DNA from: Felis catus | Taxonomy: Eukaryota | Reading direction: 5' to 3' | Length of the DNA: 64,000 nucleotides | NCBI RefSeq assembly: GCF_018350175.1 | Contig: NC_058369.1 | Coordinates: 11,780,001 to 11,844,000, forward strand | In this document: piece by piece, positions 1 through 10,667 of the stretch | Numbering within the stretch: position 1 is the stretch's first letter | How the letters are laid out: each line of letters opens with the position of its first letter | Notes under the pieces: generated by a model | Told to the model about the DNA's origin: nothing | Database searches by the model: none | The model's input: the letters and a program-made list of their open reading frames with translations, nothing else | Translations under genes and position numbers: made by a program

Positions 1-1309
1 GTTACCTCACTCATTCACACCTACTACACAAGTCTCAAAACCTTTAGGTGTGGCTGGACCCCAAGCTGCCTCCTCAAAAAAGATCCACTTCTTCTCTGGG
101 GGTGGAGTTTCTGGTCACCAGGCTCATTTCTTATCCTTGATGAGGCTTGGGGTCTAGCACGCCCCCATGCTACCCCCAGTATCATGTGATGGTCCCTTCT
201 GCATCTATCCACCCAACCCTTCTTGGATGAACAGAGCCTGACCAATTTTTGAGAGAATGAGTTTTGCTCCTTCCTATGTTGGCCAAAGGTGTTGGGACAG
301 TGTAATTTCTGAGTGATTTCCTACAGTGTTGTTTCCTCCCTCTAGGTTGGGAAGGGCTAACCACCATCCCAGGAATTCTCAATAAATTTTTATTCCTTAA
401 AAAAAAAAATAAATTAGGTGTGGCTATTCCACAAGAGAAGGAACAGTAAGTACTGGTTTTTGCCCTAAAACAAAAGCATGTGGGTGGTGGGAGAGAGAAG
501 CCCTCTTTCCCCTCTGTGGGCTCCACCATCTAGAGTAATTGGAATGAGGCTTATCTGTCCAAAGACAGAAAGAAATAAAACCACATGTGGAAATTTCAAA
601 GAAGAGAGCTGTGATGCCATGATCAGAGTCCTGAGGTCGCCTCCCCCAATCTTTGCATGTCCTCGGACAAGAGTCAATGGATTTCTGGTTTTTTGGTTTT
701 TGGGGGGTTTTATTTATTTATTTATTTATTTATTTATCTGGCTAAAATTTACATTTCTGTCCCTGACAACTGAATCTCCATTCAGTCAGAAAGGAATTTA
801 GGAGACTGTCATTCCTTCCATATCTAATGGGAGAGTCATTTCCCCAATCACATGGTGGGTGTTCCAGACCTCTATTTGAAGCCCTCCTTACCCCCTGGGT
901 GGACCATTTCCTTTTTGGACTTTAGTCATGAGAAAACTCTTCCTCTCCTGGGACCTGAAAGTCTCAGTCACTCATCAGATGTGGACAGCAACAATCTCAT
1001 AAACACGGGAGGCATTCAGTTCAATGCCTAGAACACAGTGCTTTAAGATCACAGCATGCTTTTCATTCCCTTTAAGACATGAATATAAATGTGTAACTCT
1101 TTGATTATTTGCTCCTATTCTTGTGAATTATGTTCTTCCCTCTTCAAGATAGATGCCAGGAGGGCAGGGACCTCATCTTGCTTGTTCTGTGCTTGAGTTC
1201 CCTAGCCTGCAACAGAGAAAGCACTCAGTCAATGTTGATTGAATAAGTGAATGGATGAGTCCTCAAGACATGGGGTGGTTGGTTGGCTCAGATACCTACA
1301 GGACTCTAA

Positions 1310-1995
1310 TAAGTGATAAAACAATATTCTTGATGGGAGAAAAACTCTCTAAAGGCCTGACATGCAAGGGAAGCCATTTTTGATTTCTTTCTTTCTTTTT
1401 TTAAGATGTTTATTTATTTTGGAAGAGAGAGAGAGAGTGCACGAGCAGGGGAGGGGCAAAGAGAGAGAGAATCCGAAGCAGGCTCTGAGTTAGCAGCACA
1501 GAGTCTGACATGGGGTTCCATCTCACAAACCGTGATATCATGACCTGAGCCCCAATCACGAGTTGGACGCTCAACCCACTGAGCCACTCAGGCGCCCCTT
1601 GATTTCTTTGTAAGTCAGCATCACTGTACATAAACTTTGCCTGATTTATGGCCCACAGTCACGCACTGGGCATCTGCTTCGTGAATGAGTGGCTTAAAGG
1701 AAAACCATCTTGTCCTTGAGACATCGATCAATGTTCCTGTTCCCTGTGTTCCTTTACAATAAAACTCATGATTCCTGTCTATGTGCTGTGCACTGCATTT
1801 AGTGCTAATGTATAATCCATAATCTTTTGGGCCTTTGCAAGATACAAAAAAGGATGCCACCCTGGAATAACTGTTCGTTCTCAGGAGCACTCTCTGTGAA
1901 GGTCGTGTTTCCCAGACAGCTGTCCTAACTTGGGCTCGAAGAAAACTCTCTTAACTTGTAGAGATTCTAAAAGGTTTGTTCATTTTGTGCTGACA
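1310..1995 (+). mobile_element. ERV1-type solo LTR remnant interrupted by a SINE
   Basis: LTR-like U3/R text ending ...gtgctgaca at 1995; the 5' boundary is uncertain. Confidence 0.5.
1391..1598 (-). mobile_element. Can-SINE
   Basis: tRNA-derived head (reverse complement ends ggcgcccc), (GA)n, poly-T; TSD ttgatttcttt. Confidence 0.9.
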
Positions 1996-2273
1996 CTCCC
2001 CAACATTCATTGAGCACTATGAGACAGGTGCCATTAAGCTTTCCTTTCCCACCTGCATTTGGAGGCTCAGAGAGGTCAAATTTACTTCACCAAGTTTACA
2101 CAGCCAGAAAGTGGCAAGGTCAGGATTTGAACCCATGGCAGTCTGATGGGAGTCTGTGCCCTAAAGCAGGAAGCTATCCATGTTACTACACAAGTATCCT
2201 CTTACCTGTTACTCTGTGTTTAAGAACCTGAAGACAAATGAACAATTTGCACTGGTGGCCAGCTGGTCTCTGT

Positions 2274-2325
2274 TTTTCATTTTTATTTTATTTTATTTCT
2301 TATTTTTTTAATGTTTATTTATTTT

Positions 2326-2368
<43 letters not shown>

Positions 2369-2533
2369 ATGGGGAGGGAGGGGCAGAGAGAGAGGGAGAC
2401 ACAGAATCTGAAACAGGCTCCAGGCTCTGAGCTGTCAGCACAGAGCCCCAAGCAGGGCTCAAACCCATAAACCCCGAGATCATGACCTGAACCGAAGGTG
2501 GATGCTCAGCTGACTGAGTCACCCAGGCACCCC
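2274..2533 (-). mobile_element. Can-SINE with expanded (GA)n
   Basis: Typical SINEC body in reverse orientation. Confidence 0.9.
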
Positions 2534-4566
2534 ATCTCTGTTTAATAAATGAAATCAACAAATTATAGAACAAGAAGAAAACAAAGGAAAACAAGTTCCC
2601 AGGGAATTCAACAGAGGTGATGTCATGGGATCTCCTTAACCAGCAATTGGAATTCATCTAAACTGGCCATCTCCAGCCCCACCCCAACATTCTCTGTGCC
2701 TTCAGTCGGGGCTCCTTGGCATGCTTCCTTGAGAACACAGATAGATTAAAAATATCATAGACGTGACTGGCATTAAGGAGCCCAATGGCACATGCACCCA
2801 GCACAATCTGCCAAACTCTGCTGGCATAATAATCCCTAGAAACCAATTCCAAGTTTTGTTAGTGAACAAGCCATGGGATTTTCAGTGACACTTAAGGACT
2901 CATTAAAAGTTGGCTCACAATTCCCCACCCTCCACTTCATTTGTGGAAATTAAAGAGTCCCTGTGGATCAGCCACAGACCTGCAGGCAGATGAGATCTGA
3001 TGCACAGCCCAGGGCCAAGGTGGAGACAGGGCCAGGGATTCACCCCCCTCTGGAGAACTGGTCCCCAGATAGTTTTCCGACTTTGACTCAAGCCCAAACC
3101 TGGCCATTTGATTAACATCAAGAGACAGAAGTGGCAACTGAGGTGACATTCTCTTCCCCCACAGGATTCCCAGAGCTGCAAACAGCTGAATGCTACAACA
3201 TGCACACTGGGGCTCCGGGCAGCAGAACCCAAGCGTGCAAAGCACCTGCTGCCGAGCGTGGCCGCTGTGATCGCTCCGCGCTGCTGACTATGCGGGTGGG
3301 GTGTCCAGAGCTCCGAGGGCGGCTGACAATTCTACTTCTGCAGCAGGCTCACTGCAGTTATGGGTATTACCTGGCCAACACCGCCCCTCCTTCCCCACTA
3401 CACTGGCAGCCCTGAGAGGGCAGGACCAATCTGAACTTGCTTAGCATTGTGTCCCCCCAGCCGGGCACCTAATAGGTGTTCAATAAAACTGGCTGAGAGA
3501 ACAAACTAGCCTCTCACTACAACCCTATGGGAAGTCCCTGTGCTGCAAGGTCCCCCTGAGGTGTGAATGGCTATTCCCCAATTTATCTGAAATTCACTGA
3601 CATCACAGCCAGTCTCCCTCTTGTAAACTGTGTGTCATCTAACGCCTGTTGGGGTTATGGGGTAACGTACTCTGTAATCTGATCCCCATCTGCCACTTTT
3701 GGCCATTTTGAGCCACTCACCCCTCTTGCTGCCCAAGACTCTGTCATGTCGGCCTTACTCTGTTCCTTGGATGGACAATCATCTTTTTGCCTCAGGTCCT
3801 TTGGACATGCTGCTCCTTCGGCCTGGTGTACCCTTTCCTCTCACTCTGCCCCTGGAACAAATGTCGCAGCTGAAATGTCACTTTATCCACGAACCCGCCC
3901 CCCTATGCCCACCTGTACCCTCCCTACTCTCTGTGGATTGGTTTTTGGGCTCCTACAGCCAACCACCTTCCTTCCCTCAAACTCCTCACCCTCTCGTCTA
4001 CATTCAGTTATCCCTCATCCACCCTCGCCCTTCTACTGCAATGTTCACAGGAGCAGGTATGTCAGTCACGGTGGGCTCCCTGGCGAAGGGCTCAGGCATT
4101 GCATACACAGCTGTTGGACACATGCTGGCTGGGGCTGGACTTCCTCTGAGCTGGAGATAAGAGTTACCTCGTGCACAGTCTTTGGGTACCGAGGCCGGAC
4201 ATGCTTATCAAACTAAGCAGCTGGTGTGCCCTGTTCCGACTTTACCCAGTTATCAAAGAGCAGATCAAGCATGAGGCTTCCTCCCCTCATGCACCGTGAG
4301 GGGATGAGGGGGGACTTCTTAAGCAAGACGATGACCAAGGATTTGAAGACTTCTTCAGCTTGACTTAACTGGGCAATCCGCAGTGGGAGTTGTGTCCTAT
4401 AAACACTCACAGTGTCCCTGGTTTGTGCTAGAGATGGAAAGTGACTGGACCCGAGCTCCACCTCTAAGAGCAACTGGACAGGAGGGGGAGACAAGCGAGC
4501 GCTGAGGTCATTCAAATCTGGGAGATAAATGCCATGAAGATACAACTGACTCCCAGGACGCCACAG

Positions 4567-4588
4567 CCCCCCCCCCCCCCCCCCCCCC
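4567..4588. repeat. Poly-C run (22 nt)
   Basis: Read directly. Confidence 0.9.
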
Positions 4589-4657
4589 GACCTCCATGAG
4601 AGCCATCGAGGTATAAAAAGCCAGGAAGGAAAGCCACTGACGGTGAACTCACCACCA

Positions 4658-4672
4658 ACACTAGAGGGCGCC
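4658..4672 (+). promoter_or_regulatory. CTCF-like motif
   Basis: ACACTAGAGGGCGCC closely matches the CTCF core CCACTAGAGGGCGC; motif match only. Confidence 0.35.
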
Positions 4673-7551
4673 GTCCTGTACTTGTGTCTGGGCTCAGGTG
4701 GAAGACACAGGGGCGCGGTGCGGTGGAGGGAAGCAGGTGCAGGGCTCTACTCTTGGGGACAGGCTGGGTCTGAGCCACCTCTCCGTCTGCAGCTGGTGAC
4801 TCTAGCACCAGCAAGGGCTGATGGTCGTCTGGGGGACAGAGCCACTTGAACAGTGCTTGTCGGTCACCCCTGCTCAGACCCGGTGGCGAGACCCAGAAAT
4901 GCACGGGCCTGTCTGGGAGAACAGCTGAGCAGAGCTGCAAGGCTGTGGCTCAAAGCGACTTTGGTTATTGGCCGTTTATCTCCGGTGGCCACACACTCAC
5001 TGCCGGGCACACAGCAGGTGCACAGGAAATACCTGTGAGACGAAAGAAAGCAGGGTGCCCATCGTTCAAGAAAACATTTGAAATGGGCGCTGAGCGGGGA
5101 GAGGAGCTCGTGTCGACCAAGCACCTACTGAGTGCCAAGCTCTGCACACATGGTGTCTGTTATCCTCACTCAGCCCCATTTCACAGAAGAGCAGGTGAGG
5201 CCCGGAGAGGCCAAACCACTTGTCTGGGGCCACAGCGCCCTCTCCAGGCAGGGCTGCAAGATGCAGCTGAACTGAGACCTTGGTCTCCACTCCTCCTGGG
5301 GCTTGGTATTGACTCCCGTGTGCGATGTTAGCCTGGTATCCTGACCTCTCTGGCCACCCAGAAGCAGCAATAAAAGAGATTTCTCCTTCGTCCTGAGCTC
5401 ATTTCTTGGTTGACCGTGTGTGTCTCTGATGCCTTTCCCGATTTGAGTTGTGCCAGAAAATCCCCCAGATTCGCCCCACATTCTGGCTCTTCTGCTGTCC
5501 CAGTGGGATAGAGCTTAGAGGAGAGTGTTGGCTGGACCTCAGTCCAGGCTGGCACCTCCTTCCAGCCCACTCTCTCCTCCTGGGCCCTAGAGGGGCGGTC
5601 CTGCGGTGCCTCCAAGTCCCTTCACATTTTGGCTCCAGTCTGACTCCCCAGCCTCCTCTGAGCTCGTTCTGGACACTTCTCCACGCCTTGGCTCTGCTGG
5701 TTCCTCTGCCTGCCGTTCCGTCCCTGGCACCGTGTGCGGGAGACTTTTCATCCTGCAGAGTTCAGCTCAGGTGGCATGTCCCTCCTTTGTCGCCTGCACT
5801 ATGGGGTCTCACAGCACTCACTGCATGCCTTCCTTCACTGTTTTCTTTAATGCATTTTTATTGAACATTTACTATGTGCAGGAATCATTTTTGATGTTGG
5901 GAACACAGCATGGAACCAGTGAGGCACTGTCCCTGCCCTTATGATGTCACAGTGTCACGGGAGACAGCGACCCATAACCAGGTAAGGACAACACTGTATG
6001 ATAGGGGATCTCCGGGGAAGCGAGGAGTCAGAGAGGCACCAGACCCAGCCAGGAGTGGGGTAATCACGAAAGGCTTCCTGGAGGAGGTGGCAGGTGATCT
6101 GAGACCAGTTAGTTGAGGCAGATGGGAGGGAGGCATGAGGGATGTGGTGGGACCTGGGGTGAGAGTCTGGTACATTCAAGAAATTGAAAATGCTCCCATC
6201 TCATTTTAGCCTAGAGATGCAAAATGAGGGTGGTAGAATTGAAGGAGACATGTCCAATATTCAGCCCTTAGGGGAACCTGCCCTTTCTCCAGAATCCACC
6301 TGTGAGCCCAGATGAATGCCTGGCCCGTGTTTGGGGGCTCCTGCTACTACTTTTCCTCAGACAACTTTTCTGGAATCAGGCAAGTCTCCCTTGCACAGAA
6401 GGGTGTTCACCTAGTCACTACCAGTGGTCAAACATAACAGGTGGGGACAGGTGGGCCTTAGGGCCCTTCTCCAAGACAGTGCAGGGGCATGTCCTGTCCT
6501 TTGCAGGATCCATTCCAAACCCCATTGTCCAGCTTTCAGGCCCATAGCTTATCTCCCCCAAGCTCACCCAGCATGTGGACGTAACCCAACCACACAGTGT
6601 CCCATTCTCTACATTACTGGTCTCCGTCCCTATGGCAGGAATTCCTCTCCCTCTGCTATCAGCCCAGAGAAGGCCTTTTTCATCATCCTTCCAGCGCCAG
6701 GGACCACATTTCCCACGGTGACCAGCAGATGTCGCCCTCACAGCCTTGCCCCAGAGCACCATGGCTCATCCTTGCTGGGTCTGGGACTGGATGCGATATA
6801 TCTCTGTGTCCCCAGAGCCTGTAATAGTTGCTGGCACTTGGTAGAGACTCAATAGATGCCTGGTGTGGAGTTTATTGACCGAGCCACTCCCACTGGCCAG
6901 AGGGCAGTTCTCAAGTCTGGAGTTGAACATCCTGTAATAAAACTCATGGATGTAGTGTTTTTGTGGTGTTTGAGGTTTAAGAGTGCCCCCCCCCAAAATA
7001 GACATGGGGACCAGGGTTGTCCCTGGAAGGTGACAGGCACCAGAGGGGAGTGAAAAGTTTGAGACAATTCTTTCCTATGGCCAAGACCCACTTGAACTCA
7101 CTGTGGTCCTGGGGGCCTGGAGTGTTCTTTCTGGAAGCCACTGACAGTCTTGTCTGACCCCGGATAGCAGAGGAGGACTTCCCTCGAGGAATGCTTTTGA
7201 AACTGAGGCCCCCCTGTTGTTCAGGACCCAGGTAGGCGTCCTGCTTGGCCAAGTCTAGGAGTATTACTGTGCCTCTCAAAATACCCGTAGCTGTATGTAT
7301 GGGAGGCTTGTGAATCACCAGATACCATGATCTCTAAACAGAGAACATCCCTGATCGGTGGGGGATACTTATTCCCATTTTATAAATAGGGAAACTGAGG
7401 TTGATAGGTTAGGGGAGTGTATTACATGTCATCAGAGTAAATGAGTAGGAGATGTGGGGCTCTGAAAACTTTATAAAAATCATGAAAGATAAAGCACAGA
7501 CTGAAGGAACTCAGAAAATCCTAGCCGGGTGAATTCCAAACAGCATATGGA

Positions 7552-7552
<1 letters not shown>

Positions 7553-7588
<36 letters not shown>
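7553..7588. repeat. (CA)n microsatellite
   Basis: Read directly. Confidence 0.95.
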
Positions 7589-7591
<3 letters not shown>

Positions 7592-8233
7592 GCAACCTGC
7601 TGAAAACCAAAGAAAAGGAGAAAAATCATAATGGCACTCAGAGAGAAAAAGACACGTGAAATGGCACGATGTACGAACGTTTCCTAACAGTGGGTTTGGT
7701 AAATAGAAGCCTCTCCGTCAACATGAGCTTGCCTCTTCTTACCCCATCGCATTCTCCATTTAAGATGTAACATCACAAAGCCAACGTGTGGGGAAAGGAG
7801 TGGCCACGTGCTCTGAGAGAGCATAAACGTAACTCCAGTGCTGAAATTACTACAATTTTATCTCTGAGAAAATGGGGGATTTTTTGAAACAAATGGAACC
7901 AGAAGCAAATGCACCACAAACTTCGAAGCAGATTTCTGGGGCGGCTACTGTCCCCCGAACCGAGAGGGAAATGACAGCTGCAGAGAATACTTGGGACAAA
8001 ACACCTTTTCCAAGATGCTAATGCCATCTCCCGGTGGTGTGAATTGGTGATAAGCCATCTAGAGACCTTGGGGGCCTCACTGAGCCAGGAAGGAAACATC
8101 TGATGGTTTACGTGGGGGGTGGCATTTCCTAGTATAGGATGGGCGTGTCTTCAACAATAACAAGAAGGGCTGTGGGTAGCTAGACCAGAAGGAGCTGCAG
8201 CCACAGGTGAACACACGCACAGGACCTCACACC

Positions 8234-8270
8234 ATGGAAGGAAAATATCCGCCCATCCAGGGGAAACCGG
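8234..8270 (+). CDS. C-type lectin coding exon 1 (cytoplasmic tail MEGKYPPIQGKP)
   Basis: accATGG Kozak context; donor G|GTGAGT at 8271; 37 nt, phase 1 matches the next exon. Confidence 0.78.
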
Positions 8271-10624
8271 GTGAGTCAAGAGGCCCAGGGCAGGAGTAGG
8301 TGCCCTCAGTACCAGCGACGGCTCCTTGCTTTCCACTCCAGGGCACGGTTCAGGCCCATCCCTCATCCCTCCACATTCCTGGCATGATCCTGGCAGACCA
8401 TGTGCACCGCCTCATACTTGCTGCATTCCCCGCAGCACAGAGGGACCAAAGGCTGCCCCAGGATGACCCCTGGAAGTTTTTCTGCCTGGCAATGACTCTG
8501 ATGCTGCTTCTGTTCGACCTCATCCTAGGTGTGGTCCTGGCTGAGGGTAAGGTGGTGAGCCAGTGGGAAATGGGTGATCACATGGACCAAGTCTTGAGAA
8601 GCAGGCCCTACAGGGCTGGGGCAGAGATGGGTCAGTAAGGGGGTGGCTGGACTGCATCGCTGGACTTCATGATTTTAGAGGGGACCTGCCCTCCTTGTCT
8701 TAGCCTGCAGTTTGGGGAGTGGGAAAAGAACCGGGTGCTGAAAGGTCTAGAGCACATCAGCACGTGTCTCTCCTAGTACTGCTGTTCTCCAACAAGATGC
8801 AGGAAGACCTCAAGCAAATGGACATCCAATGTGAGTGCTGAACGAAACGGAGGGCTTTCTTCCCACACGCACCACCAGGTCTTGATCCGCCTTTCTCTGT
8901 GGGCCTCTTAGTTGTGCAGGGTCTGGCAGATGCTGGGCACGAGCGGGACATCGTGTGGGGAGAGGTGTTCCGGCAAACGGAAGCTGTGCGGGCAGGCAAC
9001 GGTAAGGAGGCAGGGTGGGCTGGGTGGTGGGAACTGGGAGTTGGAAGAGGACTGCTGTTGTCTTCAGCCCTGCTGATGGTAGTGGTTCTTATAACACGCG
9101 AGCGGGTGTTGGGTTGTTTTAATCGATCCTCTGTCAAGGTGGATGCCAACATAAAGTGTGAGGCCCCTTGCATGTATCACTCTGCCACCTGGTAAGGCCC
9201 GGCTCTTGCATGAACACATGGGAAGCTACTGTGCTCATCTTGGCAAAGAGGCACGGATGAACAGGTTTGGATCATTTCACCTCTGGAGGCCAGTGCAGCC
9301 TGTAGCCTCAACAGAGCTGATGTCCCTCCCCTTCTCCAGAATCCTCCTGTGAGCCCTGCCATGAAAACTGGACGGCATTTCAGGGCTCCTGCTATCAATT
9401 TTCCACACAAGAACTGAGCTGGTTCAAAGCCAAGGATCACTGTGCAGAGAAGGGTGCTCACCTGGTCATCATCAACAGCCAAGCAGAGCAGGTGAGAAGC
9501 AGGGAGGGGTGCTCTGGAGACCCGTCAAGTCATTGCAATCTCATGTCCTTGTTCCCTGTAGAATCCAGTGCAAATCCTGCATTCTGTCCTTCATAATGTC
9601 CTTCCGCTGTTTCAGCATGCAGCGTTGCCCAGTATTCAGTCCTGCTTCTGAATGATTCTTCATGGTGGCCCTTCTGTCTGGAATGCTTCCTTCTATCTAC
9701 CTGGACAGCTCCTACCTGTTCTTCATCAGATCAAACTTTGTCCTTCAGCATCCTTCCCACCCCCTCTTCCTTAATACTGGACTATGCTGCCAGATCCCTG
9801 GTTCATCTCCTTGCACATGGAGAACTTCCCGGCTAGGGGTGGTTCTGACTCATTCATGAGTCCATACTGCCTGGAACCAGATTGGACACACTCAGTATGG
9901 TTCAGCGGACTCAATGTTTGTCAGTGGAATCCAACTGATTGCCAGAACATTTTCTATGGAGTAGTGTCCAGATTCCTCACCCTGTTAACCATGCCCTTGA
10001 ATAATCCTATCTACCCTTTAACCAGGCAGTGCTCATCTAGGAGCCATACTGGGCTCTTCTTCCCTCATTGAAGTTTCAGAAAATCCTGGAAGGCACCTGC
10101 CATTGTTACCCCCATTTTACAAATGAAAAGCCTGAGGACCGTAAGTGTCCATAATTTGCTAATTACACAGGTCATAATAATGGTGGAAATGGTCATCTAC
10201 CTAGAGCTTTAAGCCAATGTGTTCAATGGCGACATTGGAGGACATCCTTGCCCATGGGGTCCCCTAGGTCTTAGTCCCTTTCATGGACTGCTTCCACTGC
10301 CATTCTCACCTCTGGATGTAGTCTTTCCTGACTTACTTTGCCTTCTTCTCATGCAGAAATTCCTGAGTCCAAAGGAAAATAATGGCTACTGGATTGGCCT
10401 CAGGAAACAATACCCAAAGGGCATTCACAAGTGGCAAGATGGCTCAGTCCCTACCTTCATGTGAGTGTCTCTGTTGGACTCAGAACACCTGAGCTTGTCC
10501 CATTGAATCTTGAAGACATCCTCCCACAGATTCTCAAATTGCCTCAAGGGTCTGATTTTGGCCTGAACCAAACTTCCTGTCATATTTCCAGTTGTCATGC
10601 TTATTGCTATTTTGTTAGCTGCAG

Positions 10625-10667
<43 letters not shown>

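Noticed and set aside
3165-3487. Plus-strand acceptor, 83-codon open frame and AATAAA suggesting a terminal exon; another frame has a faint CTLD-like HWGSGQQNP...C
   Set aside because: The AATAAA lies in an L2-type 3' tail; the acceptor is about 45 nt too far from the Trp for a CTLD last exon; no recognisable protein or upstream exon
4612-4620. TATA box-like gtataaaaag
   Set aside because: No downstream ORF or convincing exon chain on the plus strand; 3.6 kb from the lectin ATG
5001-5032. 32-nt minus-strand exon candidate with a strong acceptor and GTGAGT donor
   Set aside because: The sequence matches an L2 tail remnant (gcacctgctgtgtgcccggca), so the sites are probably incidental
7780-8230. 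E-box, GATA, ETS and half-MARE words upstream of the lectin ATG
   Set aside because: Short motifs expected by chance; no clear core promoter can be assigned without conservation or expression data
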